Positions 12,151-24,589 of a stretch of DNA of 64,000 bases are shown piece after piece. Positions within the stretch are counted from its first letter, which is position 1. Every line of letters starts with the position of its first letter. The notes under the pieces are model-generated. The model was given only the letters and a program-made list of their open reading frames with translations. It had not been told where the DNA came from and did no database searches. The DNA is taken from contig BK006946.2 of NCBI GenBank assembly GCA_000146045.2, positions 256,001 to 320,000 on the forward strand, written 5' to 3'. The stretch comes from TPA_inf: Saccharomyces (lineage: Eukaryota). Both the position numbers and the translations under genes were made by a program.

Positions 12151-13018
12151 TAACGTCAGCGTAAAAATAATTTTTCTCCGAATGTATATCGAAATCTCAA
12201 ATTGCTCTTAGAGATTTAGATTTCAACGACAGGATAAATTGGCTAGAGTTGAAAAAACTGCACAGAGTATATAAAAGATCTTGCAATGGATGATTAAAAT
12301 TTACGGTATTTCATTTTTCCAATGAATGGCTTTTCTAAGAGAAATTAATTTCGCAATTTGTTGATGAGAAGTTCTGGCTACCTTAGTCACTATTTATTTT
12401 ACTATGGCGGTATAAGTTTCTCCCGCCTTGAAAAAAGGAATACAGTAATAAAATGAATATAAATCAGGATTTTTTGGATTTTAACTAGGTAACAAAGAAT
12501 TAGCAAATAACTGCCCATAATAGTATTCTTAAGTTTGTAGATACATGTCAAGTAAGCCAGCTTTTGATAAAACTTAAAAATTGGTAAACCGCGGATGTAC
12601 CAAGTGAATAGCTTTCAAAATTAATGTTGTCACTCTTCCAATGGGCACCTGTAAGAATAATTAAAAAGAAATCTAGGTTCAAAACAATATTTTTGAGAAA
12701 ATCTCAGGAAGCGACAGGTTATCATCCCATACATACAATATGAATACAAAAGCATGGCAATTTTGAATAGATATAGCTCTAGAACCGCTCAGGCGAAAAA
12801 AAACGCTATATGAGAACTATTGAAAAGGAAGAACTAACATGAAAGATGTTTGTTCATTTCGTACCTTTAGAAAAAGGGTATTAATGCTAGGGGTAAATAT
12901 TATATATTATCTTCGTTAAGGGCAAGACCATTTATTTTATTTAGTATTAGTTATTAATGGGGCCCAATCAATGGACTGGTAATTTCGTATTCGTATTTCT
13001 TTCTACTTTAATATTGGT

Positions 13019-15136
13019 TTAATCTACGGTAACAATTGTGGACTTCTGCTTCAAACCTTCCTTTATCAAAGTTAGTTTCTCTCTAAAGTTACTTTCTGGA
13101 TATCCTGGGATCTCGCCATATTTTAGTACTTCAACTAAGGGATATGTGGTGCTTTCATGGGAGGGAGAAATGTAGGTCACCAATTTACCTCCGTCGGATA
13201 TTGCCATTTTATGATGATCTTTGAAATTGAACTGGAAAGTACCATCACTTAGTTCAAACATAACAAATGGTTTATACCTTGTGTATCTTCTCAAAAATAC
13301 ATCATCTTTATGATATTCTTCTCTGCCAAACGTAGATACTCGGCTCAAATTTGCCTTCATGTACTTGGCAAAAAAATCAACTACTTCTAAATGTCTACTT
13401 AGCTCTCGTGGTTTTTCGCTCAATAAATAATGACTTGCTACCCAACCTTCCCGATCGTCATAACTAATATACCAAAACTCTTCTGCATCTGCCAATCGGA
13501 GAACTGTGGTGCCATTATTAAATAAGACACCAATATCCTCTGTTGATAACTGATAGGAGAATCCGTGTTTGTTGGAGTAGTCGACCCACTTGGTAACTAT
13601 CATTGGGTGTTTAATTTTAGGCAATCTTGATTTCGGAAGACCTCCCATTTTATACTGAGCTTCTGCTTCTACAATGCCATTCAAAGTAAGATGACACTCA
13701 CTGGCTAATATTCTCAAGGAGATTTCTGATTTAATGACATTGGTCGATGTAGCTATTAATTCTTTTCTCAAAACGGCCTGTTGTGCTCTACGTATCCTTG
13801 CTTCACGAGCCAAATCGTTTAATCTTCTTTGTGCCTCTATATCAACAACCTCCTTATATTTCTGTTTCGTCCCGCCAGGGGATAAAGAATGTGGTAAAAA
13901 TGGTCTGTTTTGGTGGTACTCTTCTAGTTTATCGATACTAGATTTAATTGAAGAAATATAATCCCTCTTTTGACGCTGAATTTTATCGCTGCTCATGCTT
14001 TCTAATAGTAGAGATTTTTCCATGCAATCTTTGAAGTTAACCAGTGACTGCTCTTCAGGAATATCCTCAAAATTTGGTGCTTCTGACATGACCGTCGAAG
14101 GAATAGATGGTGGGAAAGTTCCCCTAAACCATACATAATCCATAATTTCAGTCAAAGAGGGCCTTTCTATTGGATCTAAGGATAGAATGTCTCTTATTAA
14201 AATCTTACCTTCATCTGAGATTGGTTTATCTCTTGGAAACGAAAAATCACGACATTTGATTCTTTCATAAATAGTGTTTACATCTCTTGCTTGGAAGGGT
14301 GGCTTACCAATCAACAAAGCATAAAGCATAACACCTAATGACCAAATATCTACTTCAAATGAATGTCCAGAATGCTTACCCATCAACACTTCAGGTGCGA
14401 TGTAATTAGGTGTTCCGCATATGGTGTATTTACGTTCACTTTCATTCGCCAACACAGCTGCCAGACCGAAGTCACCAATCTTTAAGTTATAGTTTGAATC
14501 GAAGAAGATGTTACCAAGTTTTAAATCTCTATGTATAACTCTTCTTGAATGCATATACTTAATTGCACCACATATTTGAGTGGTGAAAAATCTAACTTCT
14601 GGTTCTGTTAAAACTTTTCTTCTTTTTAGTAATTCCATTAATGAACCGTTGGGGCATATCTCCAATAAGATATAGACATTGCTATCATCCTCAAAACAAT
14701 CAATAAACTGAACGATATTTGGATGGGACATACTTTTATGAATTTGAATCTCCGACAACAACTTTTTTCTTGTCTTCTCTGATTTAATTGAGGCTTTAGC
14801 AACTGTTTTGGCAGCAAAAATTTCGCCTGAATCGTCCTTAATTTGGAAACAGCGAGCAAATCCACCTTCACCTAAAAAATGACCTCGGTGATAGTCTTTT
14901 CCTCTTGTTTTGATTAATGAAGGTGGTGTTTTACACAAAGCTGATAACTTTTCCCTTTTCTTTTTTTGAGCTGGCTGGTGGTGATGATCATTATTCGGAT
15001 CTAGTCTCTTTGTTTGTTTAAAGTGATTTTCTTTTCCTACGAGGTCTGCGGTATTTCCCTTTATTGGGGTGTGAACTAACTTGGAACGGGTATTCAATTG
15101 CTTATCATTGATAGCTTTAAGAGGACCCAACGACAT
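13019..15136 (-). CDS. CDC5: CDC5; polo-like Ser/Thr kinase, 705 aa
   Basis: Kinase motifs HRDLKLGN, DFGLA and GTPNYIAPE are present, along with C-terminal polo-box regions. It is a full-length ORF. Confidence 0.93.
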   Translation of the reverse strand: MSLGPLKAINDKQLNTRSKLVHTPIKGNTADLVGKENHFKQTKRLDPNNDHHHQPAQKKKREKLSALCKTPPSLIKTRGKDYHRGHFLGEGGFARCFQIKDDSGEIFAAKTVAKASIKSEKTRKKLLSEIQIHKSMSHPNIVQFIDCFEDDSNVYILLEICPNGSLMELLKRRKVLTEPEVRFFTTQICGAIKYMHSRRVIHRDLKLGNIFFDSNYNLKIGDFGLAAVLANESERKYTICGTPNYIAPEVLMGKHSGHSFEVDIWSLGVMLYALLIGKPPFQARDVNTIYERIKCRDFSFPRDKPISDEGKILIRDILSLDPIERPSLTEIMDYVWFRGTFPPSIPSTVMSEAPNFEDIPEEQSLVNFKDCMEKSLLLESMSSDKIQRQKRDYISSIKSSIDKLEEYHQNRPFLPHSLSPGGTKQKYKEVVDIEAQRRLNDLAREARIRRAQQAVLRKELIATSTNVIKSEISLRILASECHLTLNGIVEAEAQYKMGGLPKSRLPKIKHPMIVTKWVDYSNKHGFSYQLSTEDIGVLFNNGTTVLRLADAEEFWYISYDDREGWVASHYLLSEKPRELSRHLEVVDFFAKYMKANLSRVSTFGREEYHKDDVFLRRYTRYKPFVMFELSDGTFQFNFKDHHKMAISDGGKLVTYISPSHESTTYPLVEVLKYGEIPGYPESNFREKLTLIKEGLKQKSTIVTVD

Positions 15137-16192
15137 CTTTATTCGACTTGATCTTACTCTGTTCTTTCTTCTCCACGGCTGTGATTTTTATTCTCTATGA
15201 ATAACAAATGTAACGTTTATCGATGAATGAAAGAGAGTATATATAGAGAAGATATAAGAAAGCCAATGTTTTTGTGTACAAAAAATAATACTCAGCTCAA
15301 TTATACAAACTTGACTATGCAGTTTAGCTTTTTTGTCTTTTCTTTTTTAAGTTTTCTTGAAAGTTAATGTAGTATATGCCACAAAATTGAAGGATGAAAA
15401 AATAGGAAAAAAAGCAGAATCAGAATTTGACACAAAAGGCTTATTGTTCTTTGAAACTGCCGCTTGAATTGGATTTACTTTCTCAGTGATTCTATATGTA
15501 TTGTACGAAAGTTGAGTAGCACAAGAGTAACTGTTCAAGATATGCCTTGTTTCAAAGGATGTACATTCAAAGATCATCCCAGGTCCTCGAGATATTTATT
15601 CGTTCTATATTTTGGATTTTCTTTATTGGGTTTGTTTTGTTTTGACCCTTTTAGGTAATATCTTTTGACAGAGAAAAGTCCAAAAGTTCTTCCGGGTGAT
15701 GCTACATAATGCCCTACCCGGGCAACATATAGAATAAGGTATATAAAGTAATAATATGCAGTGAAGTTACCACCGGGTAACGCATCTAGAACAGCTGAGA
15801 TGAAAGAGGATAGGCTTGATCGCAGATTTTGCCCGCCCTATCTTTTCAATGTTCCTTCAACAATAACATAAATTTTGATGTAAAAATATGCTGGCGTCCT
15901 CGTACGATTCCCTCTTCATTTATCACAGAAGATGGTGATGATTCTACACATCTGGAAGGCAATAACAGTGCAACTTCATTTTCCGAGGTTCGGTTATGTC
16001 ATGTGTGCTTTTATACGGCAAACGCCACCTTGAACAAAGGTATAAAAGAAAAGCGCTTTTTCACTCCACCGCAATCTCCGCGACCTATATAAGCCTATCA
16101 CTCGTACAGTTTATAACCTTTAAGAAAAAGGATTAATATTTCGAACAAAGAACAGAACAAGAAAAGCAACAACAGCAACAAAATTCTAAAAT

Positions 16193-16663
16193 ATGGCACG
16201 TTCAAGAGGATCATCAAGACCTATATCGAGATCGAGACCTACTCAGACAAGGTCCGCTTCTACCATGGCGGCTCCAGTTCATCCACAACAACAACAACAA
16301 CCAAATGCCTATTCACACCCTCCTGCTGCAGGTGCCCAAACGAGACAGCCAGGTATGTTTGCGCAGATGGCCTCCACTGCTGCAGGTGTTGCCGTTGGTA
16401 GCACCATTGGACACACCCTAGGTGCAGGTATTACCGGTATGTTTTCCGGATCCGGGTCTGATTCCGCTCCTGTTGAGCAACAACAGCAAAATATGGCCAA
16501 CACCTCCGGCCAAACCCAAACGGACCAGCAGTTGGGAAGAACTTGTGAAATAGACGCGAGAAACTTTACACGTTGTTTGGATGAAAACAACGGCAACTTC
16601 CAGATATGTGATTATTACTTGCAGCAACTAAAAGCCTGCCAGGAAGCTGCACGTCAATACTAA
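16193..16663 (+). CDS. MIX17: MIX17; mitochondrial intermembrane-space twin Cx9C (CHCH) protein, 156 aa
   Basis: The C-terminus carries two Cx9C motifs (CEIDARNFTRC and CDYYLQQLKAC), and the middle of the protein is Gly/Ala/Gln-rich. Confidence 0.85.
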   Translation: MARSRGSSRPISRSRPTQTRSASTMAAPVHPQQQQQPNAYSHPPAAGAQTRQPGMFAQMASTAAGVAVGSTIGHTLGAGITGMFSGSGSDSAPVEQQQQNMANTSGQTQTDQQLGRTCEIDARNFTRCLDENNGNFQICDYYLQQLKACQEAARQY

Positions 16664-17117
16664 GTTTAAAAGCTCAAAAATTTAGAAAATATTCACTAAA
16701 ATCATACATTTCGGTAATGTTCTTGTTTTAACCATGTCATTTGACTTATTTTTTTTTGATGGTTTTTCACAGAATCGCATACTCCACGTGAGAACAAGAA
16801 AAAATGAAAGGAATAAGGACTAAATGTCTTATATATATGGATATTTATTTGTTTTATTTTGTATGTAAATAACTTTTATAAATCAAATCATCCAATTTAT
16901 TGACTTCATAATCATTTAATCATCTGCACCCCCACCGCGCGGTGTGGCTGACATTTCCTATGAAGTTCTCAACAGGGGAGGGTAACGTAGTACCTTCGAA
17001 GAGTTTGTTTATTTACTATATTTTATGCTCTTCTTCAGAAGGGCCTGTGATACGCATGTTTCTCAAAAAGACACCTAGTGCAGCTGAACCGGCAAAGTAA
17101 AGCTTCTGAAAGAAGAC

Positions 17118-17714
17118 ATGTCAATTTCTCTATTAGGTAGAATTGTTTCACAACAATTCTCCGGCATACGGGCGGCTGAGCCAGGGAGATCTCTATATTT
17201 ACCGTTTACCTTACTATTGAAACAGCCCGGTGCTTACAAGGTGAGCCTACACAGATATGTACATAGCACCCAAACGAAGAGCCACTTGAGCTTTTTAATG
17301 AATAATAACGATATAACACCTTTTCAAAAATTTACAGTTAAAGTTCTCAAAGAGCAGTGCAAATCAAGAGGGTTAAAATTATCAGGTCGCAAATCAGATT
17401 TGCTACAAAGACTTATCACGCACGATTCATGTTCAAATAAAAAAAGTAGTGTGAAGATAAATGAACCCAAAAAAAAGAGGATATTAATAAATGATCCAAT
17501 CAAAATCACGAAGAAATTGGTTAGTGATAAAACTTTTAGAACTATTGAAAAAAATATTTCTTCACTGCAGAACACACCTGTTATCGAAACTCCCTGCGAC
17601 GTTCATTCACACTTGCAACCAAGGGATAGAATATTCTTATTAGGATTTTTCATGTTATCGTGTCTTTGGTGGAACCTCGAACCTCAGGAATCTAAACCTA
17701 CCATTGACCATTAG
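17118..17714 (+). CDS. AIM34: AIM34; mitochondrial SAP-domain protein, 198 aa
   Basis: It has a SAP-like motif (LKEQCKSRGLKLSGRKSDLLQRL) and an N-terminal presequence-like region. Position fits the recalled gene order. Confidence 0.75.
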   Translation: MSISLLGRIVSQQFSGIRAAEPGRSLYLPFTLLLKQPGAYKVSLHRYVHSTQTKSHLSFLMNNNDITPFQKFTVKVLKEQCKSRGLKLSGRKSDLLQRLITHDSCSNKKSSVKINEPKKKRILINDPIKITKKLVSDKTFRTIEKNISSLQNTPVIETPCDVHSHLQPRDRIFLLGFFMLSCLWWNLEPQESKPTIDH

Positions 17715-18016
17715 AAATATAATTCTAGCACTGTAATTAATTGAACTGTATATTCTTTCATAATTTATTAAGACACTTTTACTTTTCTCTACGCTCTCAA
17801 TAAGTTATTGTTGATCCAGATCATCTCGATATTGCCGTCATTTTCGGTTAAGGTAGGCGCTTTTACGAAACACATGCCAGAAAAAAAAGTGAGGAAGGAA
17901 GGTACAATGAAAACAGGGTGAACGCCACTTCTTTTCACCCAAGTTGTAAGAGAAATAATAGTAAAAGCAATCGAATTTGGATTCTATAAAACACCACTGA
18001 GGCGAAAAAAAAAGTA

Positions 18017-19552
18017 ATGGACAATTACGAAGGCAGTGATCCTTGGAATACCAGTTCTAATGCATGGACTAAGGATGATGATCACGTCGTTTCTACCACC
18101 AATAGTGAACCCAGCCTCAACGGAATCTCTGGTGAGTTTAACACCTTGAACTTTTCAACACCTCTGGACACAAATGAGGAGGATACTGGTTTTTTACCGA
18201 CCAACGATGTGCTTGAAGAAAGTATCTGGGATGATAGTAGAAATCCTCTTGGTGCAACTGGCATGAGCCAAACTCCCAATATAGCGGCCAATGAGACAGT
18301 TATAGATAAGAATGATGCTAGAGATCAGAATATAGAAGAATCTGAAGCCGACTTACTTGATTGGACTAACAACGTTAGAAAAACATACAGACCTCTAGAT
18401 GCCGACATCATCATCATTGAAGAGATACCTGAAAGAGAGGGTTTACTTTTCAAGCACGCAAACTATTTAGTGAAACATCTCATTGCTCTTCCAAGTACCT
18501 CGCCTTCTGAAGAACGTACTGTCGTAAGAAGATACTCTGATTTCTTATGGTTAAGAGAAATTCTGCTGAAAAGATACCCTTTTAGAATGATCCCTGAGCT
18601 ACCTCCCAAAAGAATTGGATCCCAAAACGCAGACCAGCTTTTTTTGAAGAAAAGAAGAATAGGGTTATCTAGATTCATTAATTTGGTAATGAAACACCCT
18701 AAATTAAGTAATGATGATTTAGTGTTAACATTTTTAACCGTACGCACTGACTTAACAAGTTGGAGAAAGCAAGCAACCTATGACACTTCAAACGAATTCG
18801 CTGATAAAAAGATATCACAAGAATTTATGAAAATGTGGAAAAAAGAGTTTGCAGAACAATGGAACCAGGCTGCATCTTGTATCGATACCTCGATGGAATT
18901 ATGGTATAGAATCACGCTTCTCTTGGAAAGGCATGAAAAAAGAATTATGCAAATGGTACACGAAAGAAATTTTTTTGAGACACTAGTGGATAACTTTAGC
19001 GAAGTGACTCCAAAACTATATCCGGTACAACAAAATGATACCATATTGGACATTAATAACAATTTGAGTATAATTAAAAAACACCTAGAAACTACGAGTA
19101 GTATCTGCAAACAAGAAACAGAAGAAATATCGGGAACGTTATCGCCAAAATTCAAAATTTTCACGGACATCTTACTTTCTTTGAGAAGTTTATTTGAGAG
19201 ATACAAAATTATGGCTGCAAATAACGTAGTTGAATTGCAAAGACATGTCGAATTGAACAAAGAGAAATTGGAATCGATGAAAGGAAAACCAGATGTCAGT
19301 GGAGCAGAGTACGACAGGATAAAAAAAATCATACAGAAGGATAGAAGAAGCATAATAGAGCAATCAAACAGAGCTTGGTTGATAAGACAATGTATTTTGG
19401 AAGAGTTTACAATCTTTCAGGAAACCCAATTTTTAATAACACGTGCCTTCCAGGATTGGGCAAAATTGAACTCCAACCATGCCGGTCTCAAACTGAATGA
19501 GTGGGAAAAGCTCGTCACAAGCATCATGGATATGCCGATTTCTCGTGAATAA
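18017..19552 (+). CDS. MVP1: MVP1; sorting nexin with PX and BAR-like domains, 511 aa
   Basis: A PX-domain motif (RRYSDFLWLREIL ... PELPPKR) is followed by a long helical C-terminal half. Confidence 0.85.
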   Translation: MDNYEGSDPWNTSSNAWTKDDDHVVSTTNSEPSLNGISGEFNTLNFSTPLDTNEEDTGFLPTNDVLEESIWDDSRNPLGATGMSQTPNIAANETVIDKNDARDQNIEESEADLLDWTNNVRKTYRPLDADIIIIEEIPEREGLLFKHANYLVKHLIALPSTSPSEERTVVRRYSDFLWLREILLKRYPFRMIPELPPKRIGSQNADQLFLKKRRIGLSRFINLVMKHPKLSNDDLVLTFLTVRTDLTSWRKQATYDTSNEFADKKISQEFMKMWKKEFAEQWNQAASCIDTSMELWYRITLLLERHEKRIMQMVHERNFFETLVDNFSEVTPKLYPVQQNDTILDINNNLSIIKKHLETTSSICKQETEEISGTLSPKFKIFTDILLSLRSLFERYKIMAANNVVELQRHVELNKEKLESMKGKPDVSGAEYDRIKKIIQKDRRSIIEQSNRAWLIRQCILEEFTIFQETQFLITRAFQDWAKLNSNHAGLKLNEWEKLVTSIMDMPISRE

Positions 19553-20044
19553 ATTTTACGGAGTGAAGACTAACCACTTAGTCTGCCAAAACATTATTGA
19601 AGGATATCCAACAGATGTAATTGACGTACTAAACAGAGAAATAATTAGGTAAATAGAGTAAAGATATGTACCACTATAAATTGTTATTTATTTGTTTTTC
19701 AATTTTAAATACAGTGTATGAAGCCTAATTCGGATATTATAGGTTCCCATATTTATTAGAAGGTAACAAATCTTTCGATAATTTGGATTAGATAGCCTTA
19801 TAATATGCCGGACAAACGACGCCCGCTAAAAATGTGTATTCTCCAGTATTCAATATTCGTCATAAATGATCTTAATTTGAAAAAGTGAATGAACTGAACA
19901 TCGATAAGTCGAATGTGGTCCGTGTAATAGCTCAAATGGGAAAGTTTTTCTAATCAGCATTCTGTATAACCTCACCTGCACGTAATCTAAAGTGCTTTTA
20001 TCGATTGGTAGTGCACATATTGTCTTTCGGCATCATATCACATA

Positions 20045-21211
20045 ATGGCAAATTCGCCGAAAAAGCCATCTGATGGCACTGGAGTATCAGCGTCAGACAC
20101 GCCTAAATATCAACATACCGTCCCAGAAACGAAACCAGCATTTAATTTGTCACCAGGTAAAGCTAGTGAGCTATCACATAGCCTTCCGTCGCCTAGCCAG
20201 ATAAAATCAACCGCACATGTATCTTCAACTCACAATGATGCGGCAGGTAATACGGATGATTCTGTTCTTCCTAAAAATGTATCACCCACAACTAATTTGA
20301 GAGTTGAAAGTAATGGAGATACAAACAATATGTTCTCTAGCCCTGCTGGACTAGCTCTACCAAAAAAGGATGATAAAAAAAAAAACAAGGGTACGAGTAA
20401 AGCAGATTCTAAAGATGGCAAAGCATCCAACTCCTCAGGACAGAATGCACAACAACAATCAGACCCAAATAAAATGCAAGATGTCCTTTTTTCCGCAGGT
20501 ATCGATGTTAGGGAGGAGGAGGCTCTTCTAAATTCATCTATTAATGCCTCAAAATCCCAAGTTCAAACAAATAACGTTAAGATCCCCAACCATTTACCAT
20601 TCCTTCACCCGGAACAAGTTTCCAATTATATGAGGAAAGTCGGAAAAGAGCAAAACTTCAACCTGACCCCTACAAAGAATCCTGAAATTTTGGACATGAT
20701 GTCAAGTGCCTGCGAAAACTATATGAGAGATATCCTAACAAATGCCATTGTCATCTCCCGACATAGAAGAAAAGCAGTCAAGATAAATTCTGGTAGAAGA
20801 AGTGAAGTTTCTGCGGCTTTAAGAGCCATTGCACTAATTCAAAAAAAAGAAGAAGAAAGGCGTGTGAAAAAAAGAATTGCGTTGGGACTCGAGAAGGAAG
20901 ATTATGAAAATAAGATTGATTCCGAAGAGACGTTACACAGAGCATCGAACGTTACGGCTGGCCTTAGAGCAGGTAGTAAAAAACAGTATGGTTGGCTAAC
21001 TTCATCAGTAAATAAGCCGACGTCCTTGGGAGCAAAATCTTCAGGCAAAGTCGCCTCCGACATCACGGCTAGAGGAGAAAGTGGGCTAAAGTTTAGAGAA
21101 GCTAGAGAGGAGCCTGGTATAGTAATGAGGGATTTACTCTTTGCTCTCGAAAATAGGCGCAACAGCGTTCAGACTATTATTTCAAAGGGTTATGCCAAGA
21201 TCAGAGATTAA
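20045..21211 (+). CDS. TAF4: TAF4; TFIID subunit, 388 aa
   Basis: Full ORF with a TAF4-type conserved C-terminal region. Position between MVP1 and PLB2. Confidence 0.8.
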   Translation: MANSPKKPSDGTGVSASDTPKYQHTVPETKPAFNLSPGKASELSHSLPSPSQIKSTAHVSSTHNDAAGNTDDSVLPKNVSPTTNLRVESNGDTNNMFSSPAGLALPKKDDKKKNKGTSKADSKDGKASNSSGQNAQQQSDPNKMQDVLFSAGIDVREEEALLNSSINASKSQVQTNNVKIPNHLPFLHPEQVSNYMRKVGKEQNFNLTPTKNPEILDMMSSACENYMRDILTNAIVISRHRRKAVKINSGRRSEVSAALRAIALIQKKEEERRVKKRIALGLEKEDYENKIDSEETLHRASNVTAGLRAGSKKQYGWLTSSVNKPTSLGAKSSGKVASDITARGESGLKFREAREEPGIVMRDLLFALENRRNSVQTIISKGYAKIRD

Positions 21212-21560
21212 TTGCTCATCTCTTATACTGTCTATAATATTTAAAGGTATAGTGTTTCAAATAAACTAGGATATAAAAAAAACAAGATTGACTAACATAA
21301 AGAAGGCCGGTTGGTGTCGCTTAGTCAAGTCATCGCCAAGCTATTGAGGACCATTCAACCTTTTTGCTTTGTTCATTTTAACTTTATAATAAGGAAGATA
21401 TATCAATCCTTGAAGTTAGGCATCCTTCTACCAAAAATAGCGGAAAGAGGAGTGATAATCGGGAAAAAAATTTTCATATTAATACACATTTTTATACATT
21501 TACTTGTCATTATCCTTTTGGGTGAAAGGATGTATTATGTATTGTTTCTCAGAAGGGCTT

Positions 21561-23681
21561 CTAAATTAGTCCAAATAATGCTGTTATGGCACCTAACAAA
21601 CTCATTAGAGTATTAGTGTTCGCATAGGAAATAGCCGCAGCATTCGCTTTGTTTGCCGTAGAGGAAGAAGAACGAGCTGTAGAGGAAGAAATTGAAGAGG
21701 ATGAAGAATTTGAGTTTAAAGTTGTATTTGACGAAGAGTTTGAGTTAGAAGTGACATTTGATGAAGTCGAGGTTGTTGAGTTTGATGTAGTATTTCCGGA
21801 GGTTGATGAACCTAAGAGAGCCGTTATTGGAATACCGTCAGTAGCCTCAGAGATTGCAGAGGCAATAGCACCGCTTTGATACGTACTATTTCCCGATAGT
21901 TCAGGATTAGCTGAGGTACTTAGTGTGCCGTTCCAGCAGTAATCCGCAAAACATTTGGTACATTCAGGGGGCAAGGTGGCATTTAGGCTTTCTTGCTTAC
22001 GTCTAATGATGGCACAACCTATGCAACCTAAAAAGTTAGAGTCATCCGTAAAGTTGCCCATTGTAGCAGCTTCAAAACCATTTCTGATCATTCCAAGACG
22101 TTCTGTAACATTGTAGTTCATCTTCAAAGTACTTTGGTTACCATTGAATGAATGTTTTGTGTTTGGGATATATACAACTAAAGGTGGAATATACTCCAAG
22201 TCCGTCAAATTTTTTGCATCACAACCAAAAAACGTTGGCTTATTAGTTAAGCCCAAGTTAAGGAAGGTGTTAACGTCTGGAACATATGGGAAAGCCATTC
22301 CTTTACCTTGCTTAGAATACTGGCGCTCATAAGTGTTCGTCATGCACACACCACTTGGCCATGATTCATCAGTATTGTCGGATATATCCAATGCGAACAC
22401 CACATCCAAGTCACGTTCCTTCTTGATTAGTGGAACCAACGGCAAATTTTGGCCGTCCTCACCACCATCAACTAAAAACAAATCATCGGCATCAACAATA
22501 CTGGAAGTGTAATTGCGGTCAACAAATTCTGTATCCTTGAATGGATTTGCAGCGTAAATTGCAATATCATCGTCATCTTGGGATAGGTTGTTAACGTACT
22601 TGTTGGCAAAACTATTAATCATTTTATAATAGGTCGAAGTGGAAGCTTCCAGGGAAAATTCGTTGAATAAACTGGCGGATGTGGCAATTACAAATCCAGC
22701 ATTATCGTAACCAGAAACGCATTGATCCTTGTTGACCGGTTTACCATTTGTAACGTTGGTACCTAGATATTTCACATCCGTAAAAGCGTTCAAAGAAGGA
22801 TCCCAAGAACCCATTTCAAATGGAGTGAACTCGAAAAGAGTGGCATTCAAGTTTATCACGGTGGTACCTGGGTATCTACCATCTGCAACAGTAATTGGTA
22901 AAGGCATTTCACCGTTTTTGAACACATCAACATCTCTCAAAGAGGACCAAGTCAAAGCGGAGCCAGCATCTGGCAAGCTTGGAAAGAAGTTGTAAGAAAG
23001 TGCACGGGCCCACAAATCCGACAAAGATATATTGAAGCCTGCATCAGACTTAGCCTGCACTTCTTGTACAATGGACTCCCATCTTTCAATTGTGTAGGTC
23101 AAATTAGAGCCACCAGGGTTCACAATGGATTTCGTGATATTCCAGATGGAATCGCTCTCACTCATATGGTCTACAATTTCCTGTACAGAGGTCCAATTGT
23201 TCCATGCCAAAGTACCAGTCAACCAGTTACCACCGGACAAACCCGATAGATACGTGGAACTTTGTAGTAAACCACCAAGACCATGCTCGTTAGCACCATC
23301 AGTACGATTGTCCATAGCAGCAATCATACCAGCACCACCCAACATGGCACGATAACCACCACCAGAGCATGCAATACCAATTTTGGGTACATTGGAAGAG
23401 TTACTACTGAAAAGAGTGGATAGCAAAGAAGTGTCACTGAAGTTAGAAGTAGCTCTGCTTAAGAAGGAATGTAAAGCTTCTTTAGTGTACGCATCTCTTT
23501 TCTTTAACCAATCAGTTTCAGCGGTAGATAAGCCAGACGCGTTTCTAACTAAAGAGGTATCATCACTGGGACAAGGAATTATTGATGGAGCATAACCATC
23601 ACCAGTAGTGGACGACGAATCTGCAGCGAGCGAAAGTCCAGAAATTAGCGAGCTAGCCTGTAATATGTTCCGTAATTGCAT
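21561..23681 (-). CDS. PLB2: PLB2; phospholipase B / lysophospholipase, 706 aa (secreted, Ser-rich C-terminus with GPI-type hydrophobic tail)
   Basis: It has a fungal PLB catalytic region ([17 protein letters not shown]), many N-glycosylation sites and a Ser/Thr/Asn-rich C-terminus. I start it at MQLRNILQ, 26 codons inside the track ORF. It is a clear paralog of the adjacent PLB1. Confidence 0.88.
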   Translation of the reverse strand: MQLRNILQASSLISGLSLAADSSSTTGDGYAPSIIPCPSDDTSLVRNASGLSTAETDWLKKRDAYTKEALHSFLSRATSNFSDTSLLSTLFSSNSSNVPKIGIACSGGGYRAMLGGAGMIAAMDNRTDGANEHGLGGLLQSSTYLSGLSGGNWLTGTLAWNNWTSVQEIVDHMSESDSIWNITKSIVNPGGSNLTYTIERWESIVQEVQAKSDAGFNISLSDLWARALSYNFFPSLPDAGSALTWSSLRDVDVFKNGEMPLPITVADGRYPGTTVINLNATLFEFTPFEMGSWDPSLNAFTDVKYLGTNVTNGKPVNKDQCVSGYDNAGFVIATSASLFNEFSLEASTSTYYKMINSFANKYVNNLSQDDDDIAIYAANPFKDTEFVDRNYTSSIVDADDLFLVDGGEDGQNLPLVPLIKKERDLDVVFALDISDNTDESWPSGVCMTNTYERQYSKQGKGMAFPYVPDVNTFLNLGLTNKPTFFGCDAKNLTDLEYIPPLVVYIPNTKHSFNGNQSTLKMNYNVTERLGMIRNGFEAATMGNFTDDSNFLGCIGCAIIRRKQESLNATLPPECTKCFADYCWNGTLSTSANPELSGNSTYQSGAIASAISEATDGIPITALLGSSTSGNTTSNSTTSTSSNVTSNSNSSSNTTLNSNSSSSSISSSTARSSSSTANKANAAAISYANTNTLMSLLGAITALFGLI

Positions 23682-24589
23682 CTGCGTAAGAAGTGTTACT
23701 TTACCAGCGCGAGTGAATTTTAACTCACTTCTAACCCTTGATAAGATTTGAAGGCACACTAAGGAAAAACAAGCTAAAAGACATTTCTAACGCCTTGTAA
23801 AGATAACTAATTGTGCTCATATATAAGGTATATTCTACTCCACATGAGATACGAAAAGAAGAAGATTCTCAGACTATTTAACTCTTTGTCCTTTTTTTAC
23901 CTTTTTTTTGATTTTTTTTTCACTTTCTTCTGTTGGTAAACAATGCCAAGGTGGAGAATATGCGGAAGAAATGTCCGCAAGGTAAAAAATTGTTGAAAAA
24001 GGCGACGCGTCCCTTTGTAGGAGCTTTTCGAAGGCGTATACGAGCCAAGAAAAACCTTATTTCCCAGTTTGGCCAGACCGGCTGCATTGGGTGCGACGGT
24101 AAATTCTCTATAGGCATCACCATTGAAAAGTATGTCCTTAATTTAGTCGTGAGAATCATCATTGTGTTCGCCCTTTGTCGTATAACCGAATTGAGTGTCT
24201 TTGATTCATCTCTAAGGTGTAAAAGCAGAAAAACCAGATTATCTAAAGCTGCAAGAAAGAAAGAAACTGATCATTTTCATGAACAGTGCAGATATGTGGA
24301 AGTGAAATTTGGCCTGCAGATGGCATATCTGCAATCCTAGCTTTTTCCTTCTGCACTTTAAACCTATCTATATATCTTCGATGAAAGTACTGCATGAACA
24401 TATCTGTATAGATAGATATATGTAGGGAAGACACCCGGTATGTAAATGTTAATGCTCGTAAGATTTCGAGTTTGTAAAAATAAGATGCGGTATGCACTTG
24501 AGATCTCGTAAACTATTTGTATGTTGATATTTTTGCGCTTTTCTCACTCTCGTATTCTTTTAGAAAAGAAATAGAAACGAAGAAAGAGC

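Noticed and set aside
11801-13018. Search for an ARS consensus (WTTTAYRTTTW) and for additional ncRNAs in the pericentromeric AT-rich DNA.
   Set aside because: I found no exact 11/11 ACS match by eye and no C/D, H/ACA or tRNA-like structure. I cannot support an origin call without a proper scan.
15347-16092. Small ORFs between CDC5 and MIX17 (15347..15577 minus strand, 15829..16092 plus strand).
   Set aside because: They are short, lie in promoter-like DNA and have no recognisable domains. The first may correspond to a dubious annotated ORF, but I cannot support it from the sequence.
23760-24589. ORFs between PLB2 and PLB1 (23933..24340 plus strand, 24243..24497 minus strand).
   Set aside because: This is the PLB2 promoter / PLB1 terminator region. 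The ORFs are short with no domain signal. One may match a dubious annotated ORF (YMR007W), but there is no evidence for coding.
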